Origin: Azolla caroliniana | Lineage: Eukaryota > Plantae > Polypodiophyta | Assembly: GCA_043228905.1 (NCBI GenBank) | Contig: JBHGNT010000001.1 | Coordinates: forward strand, 34,162,001-34,226,000 | Reading direction: 5' to 3' | DNA: 64,000 nucleotides | Shown: positions 1 to 12,397 of the stretch, one piece after another | Layout: every line of letters starts with the position of its first letter | Position numbering within the stretch: position 1 is the first letter of the stretch | Notes under the pieces: model-generated | Seen by the model: the letters and a program-made list of their open reading frames with translations, nothing else | What the model was told of the DNA's origin: nothing | The model's database searches: none | Position numbers and translations under genes: made by a program

Positions 1-879
1 AGGTGAGAGAGACTTAATGTCTTGTTGGCAAACTATGGACAATTGGATTGTTCTAGAATAGACATTACCATCCATAACTCCCTTTTCTAGGTAGGCATAT
101 GCCTTTTGGCCATAAACAAACAAGTGTTAACATAAACTCCAAATCGAAGATTGCAACGTTAATTGTCAATGGATTTCAACACGGTAAACAAACATCCCAT
201 GTCATGGTGATGTAAGACCAACCCATGCACATCCATCAACGCCAGAGTGTAAGTGGCACTCCTTTTAACCTTTTCTTGTGAGGACACAAAAATGTATATG
301 CATGACACCGTCGTGCGTATGTAGTGGACTTAGGTTAGAACATACACCATGCTCAAGAGAAAATATAACGTTGATGCTCATTGGGGCTTGCATGGGTGAT
401 GATGAATGCATAGGAGCATGTTATATATTAGATGGTTGGGAGGCTAAAACATAACATATATCACCCTCGACTATGTATGAGGTACAAAGGTAGCCACATT
501 GGATCCCATTGTAACCATTTAAGGATTCAAACATTGTACCCAAGTTTATCATAAGTGTACATGAACTCACAAACTCAATAGTACTTAGGTTTGAAATCAA
601 GAAAGATGTTACTCGTGTTGTGCATCTATACAATGGGTTGAATTAGTCACACATTTGATGGATATTTGAATTATGCTTGAGACTTTGATTCAAAACACTA
701 ACTTCTAACAATAGTCGGAATTACACAAAATCCAATGTTTCTTTCTCTAAAATTGTCCTTAGAATCCTTCACATATACACAAGTTTGTTTTCTAGTGATG
801 TGTTTGAAGCACAAGTGGTCATGTGCAATATATATTAATGCTATATTCACAATAGGATACTTAAATTCCCACCTCATAC

Positions 880-1000
880 ATTAGGAAAATCACTTGATAT
901 CTTGCGAACGTAGATCATGCATGAGTGGCCCACAATCAGCATCCATTGGATGTGGTTGCCAATGGCCATACCCCATGTATGATATATATAGCTAAGGTTA
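880..1000 (+). mobile_element. Possible degenerate CACTA (Tnp2) transposase remnant
   Basis: 'tagatcatgcatgagtggcc' reads (W>*)IMHEWP and is followed in another frame by GHTPC, loosely resembling the WTxHDxP...GxxxCP motif of CACTA transposases. Heavily decayed and the extent is unknown. Confidence 0.25.
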
Positions 1001-1472
1001 AGGGCACTAATGTTCTAGGTAGGAATATTTGAAAGGAAAACAACGAGCACAATTGTGGAACTATGTGAACACACAATTGAGATGAAAATCTCCACAAGAA
1101 TGGAAGAGAGTGTGGTGTAGATAGTTGGACGTTTTTATTCAAGCTATCTGACCCTTTGCTCATAGGTGTATCAATACCCTTCTCAAAGAATTTGTACGTG
1201 ACACTCCCATGCCAATGTAGTTTCATTGCAAAAATACTGAGTCTCTTTGTCTCTAGCTACTAGAGTGTTTAGGTCTGCAAATTCGAAAATTATCGTTCTC
1301 TCTCTCGTGTTTAGGTGGTTGGGTTGGAAGCACATGCATGTATGTTATGGATGCACGAGACCCTCTCAAACTAGATATTGGGGATGAAACACACCGATCC
1401 ACATATAATCCTATCCGTTTGAGCATTAGGCAACAACCCTATCTACTAAACTTGGCATACAGGGCACAACAC

Positions 1473-1543
1473 CAGGAAAAAGAAAAAAGAAAAAAGGAAA
1501 AAGAAAAAAGGAAAAGAAAAAAGAAAAAAGAAAAAAGAAAAAA
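1473..1543 (+). repeat. Purine-rich (GAAAAA)n-like low-complexity tract
   Basis: Direct reading: ggaaaaagaaaaaagaaaaaggaaaaagaaaaaagg... Confidence 0.9.
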
Positions 1544-1630
1544 TCAACAAGGACCAAGAGTGACTGCCAGCTGCCGGTCATCATTTTTTTCTAGCATCCC
1601 AAGAAATCAGGGCCACTTGTTTTTGTTGTT

Positions 1631-1924
1631 TTTCCCGCCAAAAACAGGAGGCGACAGATAATGCGGAGCATTATTACCTTTTTACCTTATCCAGCTATTT
1701 TTGTTATAAAAAAAAAAACAAAAGAAACCTAAAAACACCTTTCCCGCCAAAACCTAAGCCCACATCAGCGTGGAGGCCACGTCGGCTGCGGTATCCCACG
1801 TGGCGTCCACGTCACCCGGCGTCCCTGCCCCATCTTGCCCCATAGAAAGGAACCCTGTCTCCACTCCTTCGCCAGAGCCTCCTCCCCTCTCTTGCCTGAC
1901 CGACCTTCCGAACCCTAACCCTAA
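1631..1924 (+). promoter_or_regulatory. H+-PPase proximal promoter/5'UTR with 2 E2F-type sites, 3 ACGT (G-box/ABRE) motifs and a telo-box-like motif
   Basis: TTTCCCGCCAAAA at 1631 and 1740; CACGTC at 1778, CACGTG at 1797, CACGTCA at 1808; aaccctaaccctaa at 1911-1924. Confidence 0.55.
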
Positions 1925-1950
1925 GTTCCGCGAGGGAGATTACCAGAGCC

Positions 1951-4900
1951 ATGACTATTCTTTCCGAGCTTCTTACCCAGATCCTCATCCCTGCCGCTGC
2001 AGTCGTGGGCATAGCCTTTGCTCTGTTTCAATGGTTTGTAGTCTCTCGTATCTCCGTCTCTGCATCGTCTTCTAAATCTAGGTCGTCAGACAATGGGCGA
2101 GATGATTACCTCCTTGAGGATGCCTCTCATGACGAACGCGAACTGGTCACTAAATGCGCAGAGATTCAAGAAGCCATATCCCTCGGTATGTTATCCCTTA
2201 CTGCATATAGAGAGGGGGTTAGGGTATTTCGTGGGATTAACTTTGATTCGAGTAACGTTAGGGGATACAAGGCAATGTAGTGGTTTTGAGATGGATTTAG
2301 AGTTATCTGGATAGGTTACGGTTTTTTGAACATTGGATAGAGTTATCTGGTGAACATTGGATTTTTTTGAGTAGAACTTTACATGGAAGACTCTCGACAT
2401 CCTGCATTCCGGGGTTTTGCCACGGTAAAGAGGAAAGGTTTCTTCAGAAAGAATCGGGTTTTGTTAAGGATTTTAGGGTTAGGTTATGTGAAATTAGGGG
2501 CTCTTAAGCTTCATATTCTGCATCTGGGAATAATGCAGCTGGAGATAGTAGTTTAAGCTATTAAAGCACAATTATTTCCTTACGACGTGAGTTTGTTCAC
2601 AATATTTACCACTGAAGAGAGGAGTTTTGGGATTTACTTCATAATGTCGGATATATGTAGTGGATTTGGAGTTTTGTATAGCAATGACGCATATGGGAGT
2701 TTTTGTTATGTCAGAGGGATCTAGAGATCTAGTTGATTTAGTTTACAATGTTGATCTCAGAATGGTGGTTTAGATTACAGGGGTTCATATCATTGAGAGA
2801 TCTATGGTTATCTATGATAATGCTCCGTATCAGAGAGATTTAGGATTTTAGGCTATATTGCTGTGTATGAGAGAGTGGTATTGGGTTTTCGATCGTAATG
2901 CACATGTGATTGAAATAGATCATGGCCTCTTTCTTCATAATGCTGAATATATCAGACGGATTTATGGGTTTCTACCTATGATGCTAGATTTGTTTTTGAA
3001 TTGACTTGTGACATACATAATTACATTGGTCAATTACGTGATTAGAAAACATCCTCTCCTTCTATTGATGCAGGTGCAAACTCCTTCCTCCTCACAGAGT
3101 ACAAGTACTTGGCGATTTTCCTCAGTGTGTTTGCGGTAATAATCTTTGTATTCTTAGGATCGGTTGAGAATTTCAGCCTTGAACCGCAGGCTTGCATCTA
3201 TGATACTACAGCGGAGTGTGCCCCTGCCCTCATAACTGCTGCTTTCACAACCCTAGCTTTCATCTTGGGGGTGATCACATCAGTTCTATCGGGATATCTT
3301 GGTATGAAGATTGCTACTTATGCTAACGCCAGGACCACTCTTGAGGCACGGAAGAGTGTAGGAAAGGCGTTCATTGCTGCCTTCCGGTCAGGCGCTGTGA
3401 TGGGTTTCCTCTTGGCTGCCAATGGCCTCCTAGTTCTTTATATTACCATTAATGTCTTTAGACTTTACTATGGCAATGAGTGGGAAGGATTGTTTGAAGC
3501 CATCACTGGATATGGGCTTGGTGGCTCGGCAGTGGCTCTTTTTGGAAGAGTTGGGGGTGGGATCTATACCAAGGCAGCTGATGTGGGTGCTGATTTAGTT
3601 GGGAAAGTTGAGCGCAACATTCCTGAAGATGACCCCCGGAACCCAGCGGTAAGGATTGAACACCATGACTATTTCCAATCACAGTTAATGCATTGTATAG
3701 TGCACATGTCATGTTTGAATTGATGCATCTGTTAGTACTTTCTTCATGCATCAATTTCAGAATTATTAGTGCTTGTTTGTTGCATCAGTTTGCAATTTGT
3801 TTAGTTCTTATTCATGCATCAAATTGTTGCTCATCTAAAGCTTATATTTATACGTACTTATATATAAGTCTGTCAATCGATTAGTGCTTCTTTCATTCAT
3901 TCACGTATTGCTTGCTTCATGCTTAATATCTGTCTTGCGCAATGTCTCATTTAATGCTTTATTTAATTTGTGCTATTTCATTGAATACTTAATGTTTCAA
4001 CTAATTATTGTGCTAGGCATCCTTAAATGTCTGAAACATGCAGTAATAATGTACGCCTGTGGGCTGTTTGATTAAATTTGAATGCCTTGTTTTGTTCTTT
4101 CAATTTCAGGTCATTGCTGATAATGTGGGTGATAATGTTGGTGACATTGCGGGCATGGGCTCAGATTTATTTGGTTCCTTTGCCGAGTCATCATGTGCAG
4201 CGTTGGTTGTTGCCTCCATTTCTTCCTTCGGCACTAACCATGATTTCACTGCGATGTGTTTTCCTCTTCTTGTCAGCTCTATGGGAATCATTATTTGTTT
4301 GATCACAACCTTGTTTGCCACTGAATTCAAAGAGATTGAAGATGTGAAGCAAATTGAGCCCACTCTGAAGAAACAACTGATCATATCTACAATTTTGATG
4401 ACAATTGGTATCCTCATTGTCTCATATGTTGCTGTCCCAACATCCTTTGAGATCTACAATCTTGGCAATACAGCTAGAGTGGTTCAGTGGTGGTATGTAC
4501 ATAGTAACTCTCTGGCAATAGTTGGGTTATTTTCTTCTTCTGGAAAATCGTTTTGAAGCTGCTTTGTATTTCTTGGTTTGTCAGGGAGCTCTTCTTTTGT
4601 GTTGCTGTTGGCCTATGGGCTGGTCTAATCATTGGATATACAACTGAATACTTCACAAGCAATGCATATAGGTTTGCAATTCAAATCATTTCATGCTTAC
4701 AACTTTTCTTGTGATCTATTGCTGTTGTTCAGGTCATTGTTTGCCTTGCTTGAACCCAAATAAGATTGTGCAGCTTAGCAAAGCTTTTAATTTAGGGTTT
4801 TGATTCATGCCTTTCATTGTCTTGCAGTCCTGTTCAAGATGTGGCTGATTCATGCCGAACGGGGGCTGCTACCAATGTTATTTTTGGCCTGGCCTTGGGC

Positions 4901-6733
4901 TACAAATCGGTTATTATCCCCATTTTTGCCATTGCTATTGCTATTTACGTTAGCTTTGCGTTGGCAGTGTTTTATGGTATTGCTGTTGCTGCACTTGGTA
5001 TGCTAAGCACTATAGCCACTGGGCTTGCTATTGATGCGTATGGACCCATTAGTGATAATGCTGGTGGTATTGCTGAGATGGCTGGTATGCCTCATCATGT
5101 TCGTGAGAGGACTGATGCGTTAGATGCAGCAGGCAACACGACAGCAGCCATAGGAAAGGTATTAACTAATGCTTCTTATGTTCACTTTTTAGTTTTTTGT
5201 GATTGCATATTGCTATTCCATCATTTTCAACTCTTGATATTTGAAACAAATGGTCAATATCAATGTTGCTGTTGAATTCCATCTTGTGTTTTGCTTACAT
5301 GAGACTGCTTATTATATGATGTTGTCCATGTATGTAGGGATTTGCTATTGGGTCTGCGGCACTAGTATCTTTGGCCTTGTTTGGTGCCTATGTGAGTCGT
5401 GCTTCCCTCACGTCGGTTGATATTTTATCTGCAAGAGTCTTCATTGGGCTGCTAGTTGGTGCCATGTTGCCCTATTGGTTTTCGGCTATGACGATGAAGA
5501 GCGTGGGAAAAGCAGCCTTGAGCATGGTGGAGGAGGTTCGAAGACAGTTCAACACTATTCCAGGCCTTATGGAAGGTATCACTAAGCCAGATTACGCAAC
5601 ATGTGTGAAGATTTCTACCGATGCATCTATCAGGGAAATGATCCCTCCGGGTGCTCTTGTCATGTTGACTCCCCTCATTGTTGGAATCTTGTTTGGAGTG
5701 GAGACTTTGGCTGGTGTATTGGCTGGTGCTTTGGTCTCCGGTGTGCAGGTCAGATATTCATTGTTGTGTGTGTTTAGAGCTTTGTTTTTCTTCCTTTATT
5801 TTGTTTTGTTTTGCTGATGGAGTATGGCTTGATTTATGTTTTTTTATGGAAGATTGCTATTTCTGCCTCAAACACTGGAGGTGCATGGGACAATGCCAAG
5901 AAATATATTGAGGTTTGCATTTACTCTTTCTTGTATGATGGATTTCAGCATTTATCAGGGTTTTTTCGTTGAAGTTTAGTAGGGGCTCTGTTTCTCATTA
6001 TGTGTAGGGGGTTAGACTTATAAATCTACAGCCATGCTTGAAAACAAGTTCTTCTCAGTTTTGCATTCATTCATCCGTTCATAACTATGAGTTGAAAACC
6101 TAGACACTCAACATGGGTTACTCAGTTCCATATATCATTCTTTTGACTTGAAAATCCAGAACTCCATCAAGACTTAAACATGGCTATTCTGTTTCTTATA
6201 AACTAGGACACTGAGGGTTACTCTATTCCATATCATTCTGATGACTTCAAAATCCAGAAGTCCATCAAGTCTTAAACAAGGCTATTCTATTTCTTAAAAA
6301 CTAGGACACTGAGGGTTACTTTATTCCATATCATTCTTATGTATTAATAATCAAGAACTCTGACGGTTTGAAAAAGAGCCACTGTGTCTATTAGTCTGTT
6401 AATCCATATCATTCTTATGTGTTAATAATCCAGAACTCTGGCTGTTTGAAAAAGAGCTACTGTGTCTATTAGTCTGTTAATCAATTATCTTATTATTTGT
6501 TTAAATAATAATCTTTGGTATTTTGGTAGGCTGGAGCTTCAGAGCATGCAAGATCTCTTGGTCCCAAAGGCTCGGATGCGCACAAGGCAGCAGTTATTGG
6601 TGATACAGTTGGCGACCCTCTCAAGGATACTTCCGGCCCATCACTTAACATCCTCATCAAACTCATGGCTGTGGAGTCTCTTGTCTTTGCTCCTTTCTTT
6701 GCTGCCCATGGTGGATTGCTCTTTAAGATATGA
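1951..6733 (+). CDS. AVP1: Vacuolar H+-translocating inorganic pyrophosphatase, type I (K+-stimulated). Exons ~1951-2185, 3074-3648, 4110-4492, 4585-4671, 4828-5158, 5338-5748, 5853-5912, 6530-6733
   Basis: Hallmark motifs [37 protein letters not shown] (Ala variant, K+-dependent type), [12 protein letters not shown] and [13 protein letters not shown]. All introns are GT-AG and the frame is continuous. Confidence 0.97.
6115..6482. repeat. Nested tandem duplications (~98-bp unit x2 then ~78-bp unit x2) in the last H+-PPase intron
   Basis: 'gggttact..ttccatatcattct..gactt.aaaatccagaa.tccatcaag.cttaaaca..gctattct.tttctta.aaactaggacactga' occurs twice, then 'tccatatcattcttatgt.ttaataatc.agaactctg...gtttgaaaaagagc.actgtgtctattagtctgttaa' twice. 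Confidence 0.85.
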
Positions 6734-7169
6734 TATATTTTTGAGCATTTTTTTCCATCAATTTTTTGATCTTTTCTTTTCGTCATCTGCTCAACAACTC
6801 AGATAGTAGTACTCTGTCGTGAAGGACTGATTAATGATGTAGTCTTACTCCCTCTTCTTTGCTGTTTGTTTGGGAGTTGGGGCTGCTTTTTGATTGGTTG
6901 TTTGTGTTTTCAATTCATTTTCTTTGCAAGGATCTGAAACATGGAGAGAAAAGACATTCTAAATTTTCTATTTCGACATCATTTATGAGTTGAGAATGTA
7001 TGAAGGCTTACTTACATGCAGGAATAGAATCAATGGACAATAATAAATGCAGCACTTCTCTAGTTGTGCATGTGAGTTTTGATCATGAAAAATGTGAATT
7101 GTGATAATGAAAACGTTTACTCCCTCCAGGCCTTGATTCAATCCAGGATCAAGCTGGGTGAAAGATATT

Positions 7170-7308
7170 GTATATTAAGCTAGAAATACGGCAGCACATT
7201 GCTAATGTGGCATATGTGAGTTTTGAGACGTGAAATGTATATTAAGCTAGAATTATGGCAGCAGATTGCTAATGTGACATATGTGAGTGTTTGAGACGTG
7301 AAATGTGG
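7170..7308. repeat. ~67-bp tandem duplication
   Basis: 'gtatattaagctagaa.ta.ggcagca.attgctaatgtg.catatgtgagt.ttgagacgtgaaatgt' occurs twice. Confidence 0.85.
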
Positions 7309-8232
7309 TGATTCAAAAGTCTTCTGCCTTCTGTTTGGATCAATCCATGATGAAGGTGGATAATAAATATTGTGTTTTATTTAAGAATTAGAACGTCTGT
7401 ATATGTGCATTGATGGAAATAAATGTATGACATTATTAAGTGTGGCATATGTGAATTGTGATCATAAGGTCACTTCCTCACTTTAGATCAAACTGGTATC
7501 ACGATTATTAATTAACACTCTATGCTATGTTGAAATTGAGTTTGTTTATATCATGTATTGATTACTATTATTGAATGATAGTGACTTCTAGGGTATGTTG
7601 AAGTTTTTATACAGATGAAATGCAATATTATTAACCCTGTAGTTAATAATGTTGAATATCTCTTGCTACCAATGACCATGCGTTTGTTTTTGTGATGTGC
7701 ATTGGTCTTATTCATTAACACATTGATTTATGGCTAGCATTAGAGTCAATGCCATATATGTGTTGAAACTGAATTGATTACTACTAATGATCTCATGTAA
7801 GTATCAGACTATTAAATGAATTCTTTGAATTCTATAAATTTTAATTTTCTCAAACTAATGGTCGGTTGGACTTCTGATTGAGTTGTTATGTATTCGAATA
7901 AACTATCTTATGCACCAATCTGCATAAGAAAACTCATCAGTAATTCACATTCAAGGAAAGTTGAAGATTAGATGAAAACATTCCAAGGCTAAGTTTTTAT
8001 AATACAAATAGTTTTCTACTCCATGTACATGGTTCCATCATACCCATGGATTTAGATTATGTTTGTGCTAAGAGAGAACCACTTGTGGATTTTAAATACA
8101 CCATTACATGACATTTTTAGGACAGATTTTCCTACATTCATATGACCTATTTGACTTGTTTGAGGATTACAAGTTACAACGAATCTCTTTAATAATCCTC
8201 TCCAACATGCCCACAATTTCAATGGGAAGTGA

Positions 8233-8784
8233 ACTGCTAGGTTGGAGGTTCGAGTCTCCTTGCACCAACATACATGTGGTACCTAAAAAATGGCGGTTTG
8301 TGCTCGTAAGTGACGACGACGAAGATAGTGGTGACGCCGCAGATGGTGACAGTGAAGGGCGGTTTGTGCCCGTAAGTGACGGCGACGAAGATAGTGGCGA
8401 CGACATAGATGGTGACGGTGAAGGGCGGTTTGTGCTCGTAAGTGATGACAACGAAGATAGTGGCAACGACACAGATGGTGATGGTGAAGGGCGGTTTGAG
8501 CCCGTAAGTGACGACGACGAAGATGGTGACGGTGACAACAATGACGGTTTCGACGATGAAGAAGGTAAAATGTAGCCTGTCTACAAGTTGCATGATGGAA
8601 CGTGGTGCGAGTCTCATCATATCTCCTAGAGGTCATCCTGTGCATGTATCTCACTTGTACCATTCGGTACACCCCCTGATGGACTATGTACTGCTAATAA
8701 AACATGACTTCGTGTGAGTTGTAGCCTTCGGGCGAGCCAAAGATAAAAAATATATACTAAAGTAGTATCTCTAAATGGAAAAAA
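8233..8784 (+). mobile_element. tRNA-derived SINE-like retroposon (5'-truncated) with an internal 66-bp tandem array
   Basis: 18-bp TSD aatttcaatgggaagtga at 8215-8232 and 8785-8802; short A-tail at 8779-8786; 5' end resembles a tRNA T-arm/B-box (ggaggttcgagtctcc...acca); internal 66-bp units start at 8292, 8358, 8424 and 8490. Confidence 0.75.
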
Positions 8785-9617
8785 AATTTCAATGGGAAGT
8801 GATTCACTCTCAAGAATTGGCTTGAAAGAAGGAAATGCTATATTGATGTCCCTATATATTTAATTAACATATTGTGATATGCCATCTATGTTGAGGAAAA
8901 GCTCATTGGTTTTACATAGTTAAAAATGCAGTTTGGTATTGAAAGAGACTATCAAATAGTCACCACAAAATAAGAAGCAACATGATCCTAGTGCATCTCA
9001 AACTAATGTCTAAATAGGGAGAGAGTGCAATGTTGCACATCCCCTTCATTCTAGTGGAGGATCAACAAGACTTTGCAATCATGTATAGCTAAGGCAACCC
9101 AGACTAGCTATCGAGCTGTTTGGTCAAGTACTAAGAATGTGCGGGGGTTAGTGAGCAAGGCTCAATGCGGACACTATGCACCTCAACCTAATCAATGCGG
9201 GGTGGGGTGTAGAGGGAAATGTCCATTATGTATGTTCACGTGGGCCCGGTGTTACGGACTCCTGAATGTGTGCGTGTCTTGTCTTGTGTCGTGGGTTGAT
9301 CGTGGGTCCACGTCCATCCCAAATGTGTTAGATTACTAATCCTAGGTCTTGGGTTCTCTATTACTCAGATACATAATCTATTACTAGATGCCATCTGTGG
9401 GGTTTGAACCCATGACCTACTTTCTGGTCTCAAAGTTTTCCTGTCCTATGCAAATCCAATCTCCTCATTGGAGGAGCAGAGACACACATTCACACGTTTC
9501 TCACCACCACATACACAAAACACATACACACATGCATATGATGGCGATGGCGATGGCGATTGTCTGTCATTCTGCTGCTGCTATGGATAGGACCAGCACC
9601 ACATTTTCACCTCAGTG

Positions 9618-12247
9618 ATGGCGGCTTCCATGCTTTCTCCATGGCCACTTCCGGCTGCTGGCGCTGCTGCTGCTGCCAGAGGTGGCTGTTTCTTCACCGC
9701 ACTCGATTCTGCCGGCATAGCCTCGGCGCCCACTGTTAAGGCTTCCAAGCTAGAGAGGCGAAGATTCGTTTGCGCCATCTGCCCCGACCCCGATCCTGAG
9801 CAGAACATATATCTTCATGTGGCATCTGACCCCTCTGGTTTGGTCTCAGAGCGCGGGGTCTCTTTTTCGGTCGGCCCTTCATTTTACCGGCCGCAAAGCT
9901 CTCTAGGGCGGGACCTCGTTGTGCTGGCGGCAGCCCTTTACAAACGAAGGAACGGGCAACTCCGTGTTATGGATGCCATGTCCGGATGTGGTGTCCGGGC
10001 CCTTCGCTATTTGTCACAGTCACAGGCCGATTTCGTCCTTGCCAACGACTGTAACCCTAACCTCAATGCTACCATTGTGCACAACTTGGGTCGCTATTCA
10101 CCACATTTATTGAGCGTAGAAGAAGGAAACCCTAATTTTAGCGTAATAAGAGACAGCATAGGAGGAAAACTTAACTTGTGCACAGGAGGAAACCCAAACT
10201 TAAGCAAACAAGGAAGCCCTAGTCTGGGTATAGAAACAAATCCTAATTTGAGCTTCATCATACAAAGTAGGCAGATAGATGGCAGCTCTAGTTTGAGTGT
10301 AGATGGAAACCTTAGATTAAGCGGAGATGGAAATCCTCGTTTGGTTATAGATGAAAAACCTATTCATGAGGTAGTTGGGGGTCCTGAAACAGGTGTGAAA
10401 TGGCAAGTATGCAATAGTGAAGCGACAAGATTGCTTCTTAAATGCCAGTTGGAAAGGAATTTCTTTGACCTTATTGACATAGATTCATTTGGGAGTGATT
10501 CTTTGTTCATAGGGCCAGCACTCTCAGCCCTCCGATATGGCGGACTTCTCTACTTAACTTGCACTGACGGGTTTTCCTCAGGAGGGCATCGGCCTCAAAA
10601 GTAAGCAAAAAAAGCCTATAATTTCATTTCTTTTTCTTGTTTTGGCTAGTTTCTATCATTTTGTGGAGCTTCACATGAACGTTCTTGTAGTTCTTTGGCA
10701 TCGTATGGCGCTTTTGTAAAGCCTATGCCGTATTCAAATGAACTTGGATTGCGTATGCTTATTGGAGCTGTTGTTAAGGAGGCAGCTCTTCGTAAAATGG
10801 TAGTTTCACCGGTGTTTTCTGTGTATGCACCACATGGACCTGTATTCCGAGTTTTACTTCGTGTCAATAGGGGAAAACCCAGCAAAATGAAGTATGTATC
10901 CAGTCTATGCTATATTTGGTTATGAACTCGATGGTGTATGTATATGTTTTTCTATATTTATGCTGTATTGGCTCTGAACTAGATGATTTATATGTTCTTT
11001 TATTTGATCTTTACTATACTACATTTGGTTAGGAACTTGATGGCATACATGTTCTAGTATTTGATCTTTATTATACTCTGTTTGGTTATGATTTTGATGG
11101 CTGTACATCCTATGCACAAATCTTATCTGATATAACATGTACTGCTCATAGGAACTATAAATTTGTATATTATTGTGGTAAATGCGGGGATTCGGGTACC
11201 ATTGACTGGGAGAGGCTCGGAATGGTCTCTTGTCCATGTTCAGAGAAGGTGCACCTGTGAGTAATGCAATATGATAATTGTGCTTCCTAATATAAATTGC
11301 TTGTGATTGACATTATCTCTTCATTTGTAGGTGTCAGATTCGATAAAGATGTCTGGTCCCCTTTGGACAGGTCCCCTCCACAATGCTAAAGATATTCATG
11401 AGATGATCGTGTTAATGAAACAGTGGGGATGGGTGTCAGATAAACCTGAAAAACCTCCAGATGAGAAGAGACCGAAAATAAAGGCTGATAAATTAGAGAC
11501 ACTGCTGGATTTGATGTTAGAAGAGAGCCACCCAGAACTTCCATTTGGATACATTCACCTTGATGAGGTCCCCTTTGATATATGATGTTCCGGTTCAGGT
11601 TATTATTCTTTAATCTTGCAATGCAATGCAATTGATACTTAAAATGAGTGAATCCTTTTTTGTTTTTCAGATTGCCAAGCGTGGGAAGATTGAAACTCCT
11701 CCTCGAGATCAACTTATTCAGGCATTGCGAACTGTAAGCTATTTTTGACTTTGGAGCTTCTCAATTAATGTTTTTTTTTGTTGAAGTGCTTTGCAATTAT
11801 GTGTATGATATGATTCTGATCTTAATCTTTCGGAGTAATATGACAGCTAGATAAGGATGATTAACGAATTCTAATTTTAATTCTTCTAAGAAACATGACT
11901 TCTAAATAAAGATGATTAAAAAGGGTAGAAGGCATCGATAAGCATCATGAACTATATCTATATCCTTATATCTTTTTAAGGCCAATTGCAACAGAGGACT
12001 GAAACCAAGACCAAAAACGTCTCAAAACTCTTGACTTCAAGAAACTTGTATTGTGTGCAAAATGTTTTAAAAAAAAATTCTATGGCTTTTGTTTGTTCTC
12101 ATATATCCATTGTGTTTTTGTCAGGAGGGTTACATTGTGAGTAGATCTCAAATTGATCCAAAGGCAGTAAAAACCAATTGCTCGATGACATGTTGCATAA
12201 CGTTGGCTCAGAGACTTGCTCGAGGGGAGATTAACATGTCACCATGA
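9618..12247 (+). CDS. TRM1: tRNA (guanine26-N2,N2)-dimethyltransferase, Trm1 family, probably plastid-targeted. Exons ~9618-10600, 10691-10891, 11152-11248, 11331-11567, 11671-11733, 12125-12247
   Basis: FYRP..LGRDL, SAM motif DAMSGCGVRALRY, ANDCN, DLIDIDSFGS, GGLLYLTCTDG, ELGLRMLIG, Zn-ribbon CGKC...CPC, GPLWTGPLH, EGYIVSRSQID..VKTN; Ala/Ser-rich transit-peptide-like N-terminus. The start codon is uncertain. Confidence 0.88.
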
Positions 12248-12397
12248 AGAAACCTATAAGAATCACCATATCTTTTCATCAAGATGTGTTTATGGTTTTG
12301 ATTATCAGGTAAGTCCACACATTTAGGCCGTGTGGTATATATAAGATGTTATTGTTTTATGAGACTGATATTTAATGTTATTTTCACTGAAGAAGAA

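Noticed and set aside
1338-1661. 107-aa Lys/Glu-rich ORF
   Set aside because: Produced by the GAAAAA low-complexity tract in the H+-PPase promoter; no protein motifs.
8108-8672. Overlapping ORFs on both strands (Asp-rich, Ser/Pro-rich, His/Arg-rich) as protein genes; array as CRISPR-like
   Set aside because: All arise from the 66-bp repeat inside a TSD-flanked insertion. The units are contiguous with no unique spacers, so this is not a CRISPR array.
9388-9420. tRNA-like B-box on the minus strand (ggtcatgggttcaaaccccacagatggca); similar bits at ~17730 and ~21450
   Set aside because: Only a T-arm is recognisable, with no D-arm/A-box or cloverleaf. At most SINE or tRNA relics, not tRNA genes.
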